Part shown: positions 29,879-38,036 of the stretch, piece after piece
Layout of the letters: each line of letters starts with the position of its first letter
Position numbering within the stretch: position 1 is the stretch's first letter
From: Alphaproteobacteria bacterium
Lineage (GTDB): Bacteria; Pseudomonadota; Alphaproteobacteria; Rs-D84
NCBI GenBank assembly: GCA_017549445.1
Contig: JAFYUU010000010.1
Span: forward strand, 1-48,729
DNA: 48,729 bases
Reading direction: 5' to 3'
Notes under the pieces: generated by a model
The model's input: the letters and a program-made list of their open reading frames with translations, nothing else
Databases searched by the model: none
What the model was told of the DNA's origin: nothing
Position numbers and translations under genes: made by a program

Positions 29879-32209
29879 TTGGGGACAACAACAATGACCA
29901 AACAAGTATCAGCATTCAATCAAATAACCCGTGCGACATATCGCATACCGTGTGCGGTATGTTTATCACTGTTGCTAATATGTGATGCATTTGGTGCAAA
30001 TGTTGTTGCCCGTGGCACATCGTCATCTCGTGTTGGTGTATCACGTCCGACAATGGCGGGCACCCGTTCCACCACCACCCGTGCCAAGACATCATCGTCT
30101 TCCACAACGACAACCACAACCCAGGAAACATCTGCCCCGGTCGAAGAAGAACCAGAACAGGAAACCGAACCAACCGAACCCGTTGTAGAGTTTGAGTTTG
30201 AAGACAAATCCAGCACATTTGATAACGCAATCGGGTCCGAAAATTCTTATGCCGCCCGTGATGCAGATGACGAAGCCCTGGCGGAAAAGATTCGCCGCCA
30301 ACGCGAGACACTGGATGCCGCCGCCGCATCAACGGTTCGCACAACAACCACAAACAAAACCACATACAACAGTGCCAGTGCTAATTCCTGTGACAACGCA
30401 TTGCGTCAGTGTATGCAAACAAAATGTGGCAACGATTTTTCCAAATGCAGTGGCGACACCGACACCATGTGGGGAACAAAAATGGATGCATGCCGTCGTG
30501 ACACCCAATGCACGGGCCACGAATACCAACTTTTTGCAGCCGAGATTAAGGCCGACCGTGACGCAAACGCAGAATTGGCAAACTTTAACGCAATAATTGA
30601 TTGTGGCAACGATTACAACGACTGTATTATCACCCACTGTGGCCAAACGTTTTCCAAATGTCTGGGCAAGACGGCGGGCGACCTGGCAATATCCAAGTGT
30701 GATGCAATCGCCAAACGTTGTGTTCAAATGGACGGTGGATTTGCATCCCGCACACTAGAGGTATTCGGCTATCTGCGTCAGGATGCCGAAAAACAAATCC
30801 AACGTGACGAACAACGTCTGTATGAATTACGTGACAAAATGGAAAGCACATGCCATGGTCTGGGGGCATTATTTGATCAACGCAGTTTAGATTGCATATT
30901 CACGGTAAATTTCTTTGCCAACAACTCGACCACACCATACGCATCTAAAAAGGCCTATGCTGGCTCGACCTTTGATTGCGACCAGAACTGGTTTGGCATC
31001 AACGTCACAACGTTCAAGGAAAATGCCTATCGTCTGACCCGTGGCCAAACATCTGCATCTGCGGCAATGTTGGGATCTGGTTTGGGTATTGCAACCGGTG
31101 CGATAACATCTGGTGCGATTGACCGTGCCGTTGCCACACACAAGGCAAAAAAGGCCTATGAACGGGCCCAAGAAGAACACAGCGAAAATTACGGTGATGG
31201 TATTGATTTGGACGGCGACACTACAACACCACTGGTATCAACCAAAAAAAGTGAAGAATTACGTGCTTTAGCCGAAGAATACGGAATCGATGCCGATGAA
31301 TTGTCCGAAGATTTCGGCATAGACATCGACAACATGTCCTCAGAAGACATCGAATATTTGATTGAAGAATATGGAGAAGAATTGGAACTGAGTGCCGACG
31401 ACATCGAAGACATCAAATATGAACTGTCTGAAATTGATGCTGACGAAACATTGGACGACTACACAACTCCATCCACGATCAAAACAAAAAAAGAACAAAG
31501 ACAAGAACAGCGTCAACAAAAAAAGGCAGAACGTCAACAAAACAAAGCTGAAAAGAAAGCATCCAAAGAAATCGAACGTCTGAACCAAGAATTCTTGGAC
31601 AGCCAAGAATTTACATCAGACCAAGAAGCATTCGACACATTTAAGGCACAATATGGCATCGAAGATTACAATACAGACATCGACTTGTATCGTGGTCTGG
31701 ACACACATCAGGACGAAGACGGTCAAACCTACATAAACGTCACCGAAGAAGAAATAGAAGAAGAACCACTGCCCAGATATACTGAACCTTTACCAAAAGG
31801 ACCAGCAATAAACGGCAAAGCAACAACCAATTCTGGTTCTGGGTTGGCAAAACCTTCAGGCGATACATCTAGTGGCTCTACCAGAAGGCTAGAACCACTG
31901 CCAGAGGTTGAAAACCCACTTGCATACAAAGATCCAGGACTGGCAAAACCTTCAACCAACACACAAACAAAAAAAGAACAACGTCAAGAAGCCAGGGCCG
32001 AACGCAAGGCAGAACGTCAACAAAACAAGGCATTAAAACAAGCCGAAAAAGACATGATGGATACATTAGAAACTGACATGTTGTTATTTGATCTACAAAG
32101 CGACATAGACGCGAATTTGGATGCGGATATAGATGCACAATGGGAACAAACAATGGAAGAAGTGACCGCAGACATTGAAGCAAGCGACACATTTACTCCA
32201 TTGGAATAA
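29879..32209 (+). CDS. Secreted Cys-helical/Gly-zipper protein with acidic, repeat-containing C-terminal tail
   Basis: CDNALRQCMQTKCGNDFSKC module, MLGSGLGIATGAITSG zipper, duplicated TKKEQRQE...KAERQQNKA. The start may be ATG 29894. Confidence 0.85.
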   Translation: MGTTTMTKQVSAFNQITRATYRIPCAVCLSLLLICDAFGANVVARGTSSSRVGVSRPTMAGTRSTTTRAKTSSSSTTTTTTQETSAPVEEEPEQETEPTEPVVEFEFEDKSSTFDNAIGSENSYAARDADDEALAEKIRRQRETLDAAAASTVRTTTTNKTTYNSASANSCDNALRQCMQTKCGNDFSKCSGDTDTMWGTKMDACRRDTQCTGHEYQLFAAEIKADRDANAELANFNAIIDCGNDYNDCIITHCGQTFSKCLGKTAGDLAISKCDAIAKRCVQMDGGFASRTLEVFGYLRQDAEKQIQRDEQRLYELRDKMESTCHGLGALFDQRSLDCIFTVNFFANNSTTPYASKKAYAGSTFDCDQNWFGINVTTFKENAYRLTRGQTSASAAMLGSGLGIATGAITSGAIDRAVATHKAKKAYERAQEEHSENYGDGIDLDGDTTTPLVSTKKSEELRALAEEYGIDADELSEDFGIDIDNMSSEDIEYLIEEYGEELELSADDIEDIKYELSEIDADETLDDYTTPSTIKTKKEQRQEQRQQKKAERQQNKAEKKASKEIERLNQEFLDSQEFTSDQEAFDTFKAQYGIEDYNTDIDLYRGLDTHQDEDGQTYINVTEEEIEEEPLPRYTEPLPKGPAINGKATTNSGSGLAKPSGDTSSGSTRRLEPLPEVENPLAYKDPGLAKPSTNTQTKKEQRQEARAERKAERQQNKALKQAEKDMMDTLETDMLLFDLQSDIDANLDADIDAQWEQTMEEVTADIEASDTFTPLE

Positions 32210-32236
32210 AACTCACATAAACAAGGTCAGGTATCC

Positions 32237-35200
32237 ATGAAAAATATATTGAAAAAAGTTATTATTTGCACATTGTTGGTGTTCTGCACCCTGCCCGCCA
32301 TGGCAGATGTAAGAATCTGGGGTCGTGTTATCGACAACGACGAAGAACCAGTTGTTGGTGCCGCCATCTATCATGCCGATCTTTCGGGCGAAATTGGCCA
32401 GACCAACATAGATGGATACTTTGACTTTACTATATCTGACAGTGCCTTCAAAACCCCAGAACGTCTGGTATCTATTGCCAGCGTAATGCTTGAAACCCAA
32501 ACATTGCCTGCATCGCAACTGCAAAATAAAACAATCGTATTAAAACCAGCCAAAGACACTGAACTTGACGCACTTGTTAGGATTGAATGTGGTTTCGATG
32601 CCAAAGCCGGTGTATGGAAATCAACATACGATGTAAAAACAAATAAATGTATTCCAGACCAATGTATTCCATATCGCTGGAAATTAAAAGGTGTCGGCAA
32701 TGGAAAATTTTGTGAAGACCAGGTTGGTCTTTCCTGCACCACCAAAATAAGACATGCCAAACGTGCCACCTATAAATGGATGGGCGACCCATATCCACAA
32801 ATGCAATCCACACAAAACACTCAATTGGGCACCTTCCAACCCAGAAATGCTTGGTCTGCTGATATGTTGGTCTGCACACTGGAACAATGCGACGATGGAT
32901 ACGATCCAGATTTTGACAATAATGAATGTATTTCCAAAGACGGCACACCCTGCAACGATGCATCAGAATTAAAGAAAATAAATGCAAAAGCTGGTATTTG
33001 GGTAATTGGAACATTGCGTAGATACTGCTATCCAACCGAATGTCTGGACGGATTCTTGAAACAGGGTGCGGGTCCAGACATGAAATGCCGTGAACGCACA
33101 TGCAACAAAACCGAACTACGCAATCAAGACCGCTATGCCGTATCTGGCACATTTAATGAATCGGCCCAACGTTGCGATATTACCGCATGCGATCCTGGCT
33201 ATACCCCCAGTGCTGATCGTGCCAAATGCGATGCATTGGAAACCGAATGCACCGACACCGCCAAACAACGTGATAAAAATGTCCTGCGTGCCGAATGGGA
33301 ATACGAAAAGGACGGAACAAAATGGTGCCGTGTCATCAGTTGCACAGAAAACCACAAACCAAACGATGATGAAAGTGGCTGTATCCAAACATCTGGCGAC
33401 TGTAAATCAACAATTCCACACGCAACATCTGCAAATTATACCCGTGACAAATCTGGTAATCTGAAATGCGAATTGGAACAGTGCGAAACTGGATACACTG
33501 CAAATAAATCAACCGATAATTGTGTGGAACGTGACTGCACCGCCCGTGCCAAACAAATTGACCCCAACGCAACATACGGCGAAATTGAAATTGACCGCCG
33601 TGGAAATGAAACCTGTGTTATTCGTGAATGTCGTGATGACTTTGTCGTCAAGAACAACAAATGCGAACCAACAAAATGCGATAATTGCTTGCAGGACTTT
33701 AACCCAACAACGGGCAAATGCGAAAACATTACTGATTTATCTTGCACAATGACGGGCACATCAAATGTTCGCCGTGCTGAATACACATGCGAAAACAAGA
33801 AACGTGTATGTCGCATTGTCGAATGTGAAGAATTTTACACACGCAACAACGCACGCACCCAATGCACCAGTATTGTTGGCACAAAATGCACCGCATCCCA
33901 AGTTGCACCATCGGTCAACACTGCAAACGCAAAAACATACAAATGGCGTAGTGTTGGTGGCCAGGTTCTGTGTTTAATTGACGAATGTCGCAACAATAAT
34001 TACAAACCAAACGATGCCGGGACCCAGTGTTTGTTAGCTGGTGGCGACTGCACCTCACAAATTCCAAACGCACGCAGTGCTGAATACGAACTGGATTTGA
34101 TATCTGGCGAAACCAAGTGCTTATTAAAATCTTGCAAAGATGGCTGGGAACCAGATTACGAAACAAACAAATGTAATCAGAACAAATGCACCACCACCCA
34201 ACGCAACGTTGATGGTCTGCGTTCCGACCAGGCATCTGCCGTCACAATTGAAAACGGCGAATGTGTTGCAACCGCCTGCCATTGTGGATATGAATTAAAG
34301 GACAAAAAGTGTGTTGATTGGGGCAATAAATTATGCACCAACACAACCACACCTGCCCTGCCCCAATACGCAGATGCAGACACAACATTTATGAAGTGTA
34401 AAAACAAACGTGCATACTGCCACGTGACCAAATGCACAAATTCTGCCTACACCCCAAACAATTCCAATACAAAGTGCATTGACACTGCGGGCGAACCATG
34501 TGACGAATATCCATCTGACCCACACGCAACGGCGGGTAAGTGGAAAAAAGTCAACGGACAAATGGTATGCTTGATTTCTGAATGTGCCGACCAATACGAA
34601 CCGGCATCTGATGGTAAATCTTGCATCCAAAACGAATGCACCAGTGATGACCCATACGCAAATAAAACAAAATTCGTAAATGGAACCTGCGTTATCACAA
34701 GTTGCCGCGGCAACTATATCCCAGATCCATCAACACCAAACCCAACAAAATGTGTTCAGGGTTCTGGGGAACCATGTGACGAATACCCATCTGACCCACA
34801 CGCAACGGCGGGTAAGTGGAAAAAACTCAACGGACAAATGGTATGCTTGATTTCTGAATGTGCCGACCAATACGAACCGGCATCTGACGGCAAATCTTGC
34901 ATCCAAAACGAATGCACCAGTGATGACCCATACGCAAATAAAACAAAATTCGTAAATGGAATCTGCGTTATCACAAGTTGCCGTGGCAACTATATCCCAG
35001 ATCCATCAACACCAAACCCAACAAAATGTGTTCAGGGTTCTGGCGAACCATGTGACGAATACCCATCTGACCCACACGCAACGGCGGGTAAATGGAAAAA
35101 AGTCAACGGACAAATGGTATGCTTGATTTCTGAATGTGCCGACCAATATGAACCAGCATCTGACGGTAAATCCTGTGTCCAAACCGAATGCACCGCTGAA

Positions 35201-37432
35201 AATGCAACCAGAACAAAACTGGAAAACGGCAAATGCATTGTCAAGAAATGCGTTGACGGCTATATGCCCGACCCTGATTCTGCCCAGCCAACAAAATGTG
35301 TTTCATCTGCGGGCGAATGCACCCCAGATGACAAAAACGCAACGGCGGGCCAATATATTCGCAATGGCAAAAAATGTATTCCAACCGAATGTATCCCCGG
35401 ATACGAGGTCAAAAATAAAAAATGCGTTGCCATTGGTGGCAAATGTGACAAATCAGAACTGCCTGAAAACGCAAAATCTGGCACCCGTGCATTTGACAGT
35501 GCAACCAACACTGAATATTGCCAAGTGACCGCATGTTCCAAGGGATTTGTTGTATCATCTGACAAACGTTCATGTGTCGAGGCAGCAAAACAATATCTGT
35601 CCGAAGAAGATTCCAAGAAACGCGTTGAAGAATTACAGGAAAATTATCAGGCCCAAAAGGAAAACGAACAATCATTAAAGAACCGCATCTTGGGTGCAAC
35701 GGGTATCGGCATGACCGGTATCGGTGGCATGCAGGTTGCATCTACCCTGGCGGAACAGGGTGCTGATGCGGATGCAGAAATTGATATGACTGCCTATCTG
35801 GCAACATTCCGTTGCGATTACGGTGCCGGCAAACAGTTCAAGGGTGGCGAAATGGGCATATCTTTGCCTGGTGCATCAGAATTGGTTCCACTGTATGCGG
35901 AATACGTTGCATTGGCAAACGATTTAAAGACACGTAAAAACGCACTGGGTATGCGTGCAGGCATTGAATCCCAAACGATTTTGGATTCTGCAACAACGGG
36001 TCTGTATGACGATGTCTCGACTGGCATTACCAGTGGCACATACGCATCCCTGTCCCGTGCAATATCCGACCCCGAAGGTATGGATGCCCAATTATGGGCG
36101 GCCTTGAAACAGCAGACCGCCGACAAACTGAAAACCGGTGCAATTATCGCAGGTATTGGTGCCGTGGGCAGTTTGATTGGCAACATTGCCCTGAATCATA
36201 ATGCACCAAAAGAAAACTCGGCAGAAATCATGGCAAAATATGCCGGCATGTATCAGGTATTTAACCAGGCCGAACAAGATTTCCAACAACAGGTAGATGG
36301 CCCAACCTGTGCCAACTTTAACCTGACCGGCAAATATCCAAATTGTAATTGCCCTGTCGCAAATCAAACATTCCACCCGGATCATGGTTGCCAATGCGAC
36401 GGCGATTTACAACTGATTTCTAGCAAATGCCAATGCCCCAATGGCAAAACCCAAAAAGGCACAAAATGCACAGAAACCATCAAAGGCCCAACCTGTGCCG
36501 ACTTTAACCTGACCGGCACGTATCCGCAATGTGATTGTGGCGAAAACAAACTGTTCAATGGTGCAGAATGTATCGACATTCCCGATTTGTCAAACATAGA
36601 AATTGACGACTTTGGTAACGAAGATTATGATTTTGGGGATGACGATTTTACCCACTTAGAAGATGGACTAACGTGCGAATTTTTTGGTGGGGTCGGCACT
36701 TATCCAGATTGCACATGCACCAACCCAAAACAAATATTTAACGGCATATGCCAGGACTGCCCAGGCGACCTAATATTCCGTTCTGATTTGGGTATTTGTG
36801 CCTGTGCCCTGGGCAAAATACAACAAGATACAACATGCACCGACCCACAGCCAGAATGTGAATTGACTGGCTTGGTGGCCACAGATAAATGCGAATGCAT
36901 TGCAAATGCCCACAGCAATGAAGCAAATCAATGTGTGTGCAACACTGGTTATACCCAGGTTGGCAATGATTGCATTTTGGATATTACATCCCTAATACCA
37001 CAAACAGAACCCATTGCTTCAATCAGTTTCAACTCGGATCTGCTGTTTGATTCTGGCAGTGATAAATTGAAAATTGATGCCACGGATTTTATTAACGACT
37101 TCTCGGGCAAAATTAATACTGAACTTGCCAAGGCGAACCAACAAAACAACGCAAACTTCACATTGGACACATTGGATTATTGCATATTGGTTACTGGCCA
37201 TACCGACCGCCAACCATTCAAGAATCCAGACGACAACACAAGAAACAATAAATCCTTGTCCGAACGTCGTGCCAAAACGGTTGCAGACATATTGACAAAA
37301 AATGGCTTGAAAAATGTAACGTCCAAGGGTGTTGGCGACACAGAATGTGATGCCTCGAAATATCCAAACACGGTCGAGGAAAAATGCCGTCGTGTTGTTA
37401 TAGAATTTAGAGCAAACGGAACCTGTAATTAA
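32237..37432 (+). CDS. Giant surface protein: carboxypeptidase-regulatory-like N-domain, ~20 four-Cys repeats, two Gly-zipper helices, EGF-like Cys region, C-terminal OmpA-like peptidoglycan-binding domain
   Basis: GRVIDNDEEPVVGAAI..TNIDGYF at the N-terminus; LLFDSGS..VTGHTD..NKSLSERRA..RRV at the C-terminus. Confidence 0.9.
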   Translation: MKNILKKVIICTLLVFCTLPAMADVRIWGRVIDNDEEPVVGAAIYHADLSGEIGQTNIDGYFDFTISDSAFKTPERLVSIASVMLETQTLPASQLQNKTIVLKPAKDTELDALVRIECGFDAKAGVWKSTYDVKTNKCIPDQCIPYRWKLKGVGNGKFCEDQVGLSCTTKIRHAKRATYKWMGDPYPQMQSTQNTQLGTFQPRNAWSADMLVCTLEQCDDGYDPDFDNNECISKDGTPCNDASELKKINAKAGIWVIGTLRRYCYPTECLDGFLKQGAGPDMKCRERTCNKTELRNQDRYAVSGTFNESAQRCDITACDPGYTPSADRAKCDALETECTDTAKQRDKNVLRAEWEYEKDGTKWCRVISCTENHKPNDDESGCIQTSGDCKSTIPHATSANYTRDKSGNLKCELEQCETGYTANKSTDNCVERDCTARAKQIDPNATYGEIEIDRRGNETCVIRECRDDFVVKNNKCEPTKCDNCLQDFNPTTGKCENITDLSCTMTGTSNVRRAEYTCENKKRVCRIVECEEFYTRNNARTQCTSIVGTKCTASQVAPSVNTANAKTYKWRSVGGQVLCLIDECRNNNYKPNDAGTQCLLAGGDCTSQIPNARSAEYELDLISGETKCLLKSCKDGWEPDYETNKCNQNKCTTTQRNVDGLRSDQASAVTIENGECVATACHCGYELKDKKCVDWGNKLCTNTTTPALPQYADADTTFMKCKNKRAYCHVTKCTNSAYTPNNSNTKCIDTAGEPCDEYPSDPHATAGKWKKVNGQMVCLISECADQYEPASDGKSCIQNECTSDDPYANKTKFVNGTCVITSCRGNYIPDPSTPNPTKCVQGSGEPCDEYPSDPHATAGKWKKLNGQMVCLISECADQYEPASDGKSCIQNECTSDDPYANKTKFVNGICVITSCRGNYIPDPSTPNPTKCVQGSGEPCDEYPSDPHATAGKWKKVNGQMVCLISECADQYEPASDGKSCVQTECTAENATRTKLENGKCIVKKCVDGYMPDPDSAQPTKCVSSAGECTPDDKNATAGQYIRNGKKCIPTECIPGYEVKNKKCVAIGGKCDKSELPENAKSGTRAFDSATNTEYCQVTACSKGFVVSSDKRSCVEAAKQYLSEEDSKKRVEELQENYQAQKENEQSLKNRILGATGIGMTGIGGMQVASTLAEQGADADAEIDMTAYLATFRCDYGAGKQFKGGEMGISLPGASELVPLYAEYVALANDLKTRKNALGMRAGIESQTILDSATTGLYDDVSTGITSGTYASLSRAISDPEGMDAQLWAALKQQTADKLKTGAIIAGIGAVGSLIGNIALNHNAPKENSAEIMAKYAGMYQVFNQAEQDFQQQVDGPTCANFNLTGKYPNCNCPVANQTFHPDHGCQCDGDLQLISSKCQCPNGKTQKGTKCTETIKGPTCADFNLTGTYPQCDCGENKLFNGAECIDIPDLSNIEIDDFGNEDYDFGDDDFTHLEDGLTCEFFGGVGTYPDCTCTNPKQIFNGICQDCPGDLIFRSDLGICACALGKIQQDTTCTDPQPECELTGLVATDKCECIANAHSNEANQCVCNTGYTQVGNDCILDITSLIPQTEPIASISFNSDLLFDSGSDKLKIDATDFINDFSGKINTELAKANQQNNANFTLDTLDYCILVTGHTDRQPFKNPDDNTRNNKSLSERRAKTVADILTKNGLKNVTSKGVGDTECDASKYPNTVEEKCRRVVIEFRANGTCN
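34490..35193 (+). repeat. Near-perfect intragenic tandem repeat, 276-nt period (92 aa), about 2.5 copies
   Basis: gaaccatgtgacgaata(t/c)ccatctgacccacacgcaacggcggg recurs at about 34493, 34769 and 35045. Confidence 0.95.
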
Positions 37433-37458
37433 AAAATGCCCCGCACGGGGCATTTTTT
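37431..37458 (+). terminator. Intrinsic terminator
   Basis: aaaaaatgcccc-gcac-ggggcatttttt. Confidence 0.85.
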
Positions 37459-37516
37459 ATTTCCGAATTTTAATCAACAATGCTACACTTTTACACAACA
37501 ACCCAGGGGGCATAAC

Positions 37517-38011
37517 ATGAACACAGAACTGCTGACCGATGAACACATGCGTAAATTATTTGGCACAAACTATAATGGCATTACATACTATAATTACGAT
37601 ACCAACACCTGGAATCATGATTCATACCTGGGCGACAAGATACTGGGCAGAGACAGCAACATCTATCACAAACTGAAAGAACTGTTGGAATCTTCGCCAT
37701 CGTTTGCACCATACGAATTGGTCGCCTTTGCCACGATGCCGATTGTGCACACCCCCGACTATAAAAACTATCCAATTCTGGTATCAAATCCGACACACAA
37801 AAAACCTTCTTCGTATGTGGTTGGCACAATTGTCAGACGTGACAAAACCACCGGCAAAATTATTCCTGTGCCAAACACCTGGCTTGGGTTAAAGCAATTT
37901 CCTTTTTACAATTCCGCCATATGCGAAGGCCCATTTTTCTTTGCATTTGACTGCAACAAATTTCCAATCCTAACCAATGCCCTATTGAAAATCCACGGCA
38001 ACCAAAAATAA
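37517..38011 (+). CDS. Hypothetical protein, paralogue of 44997..45554 (ends GNQK)
   Basis: ATG 37517 after RBS AGGGGG; GTIVRRDKTTGKIIPVPNTW motif. Confidence 0.75.
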   Translation: MNTELLTDEHMRKLFGTNYNGITYYNYDTNTWNHDSYLGDKILGRDSNIYHKLKELLESSPSFAPYELVAFATMPIVHTPDYKNYPILVSNPTHKKPSSYVVGTIVRRDKTTGKIIPVPNTWLGLKQFPFYNSAICEGPFFFAFDCNKFPILTNALLKIHGNQK

Positions 38012-38035
38012 AAATCCCCCATTTGGGGGATTTTT
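38010..38035. terminator. Bidirectional intrinsic terminator
   Basis: aaaaatccccc-attt-gggggattttt. Confidence 0.85.
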
Positions 38036-38036
38036 A

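Noticed and set aside
34490-35193. CRISPR or mobile repeat
   Set aside because: In-frame 276-nt coding repeat with no spacers.
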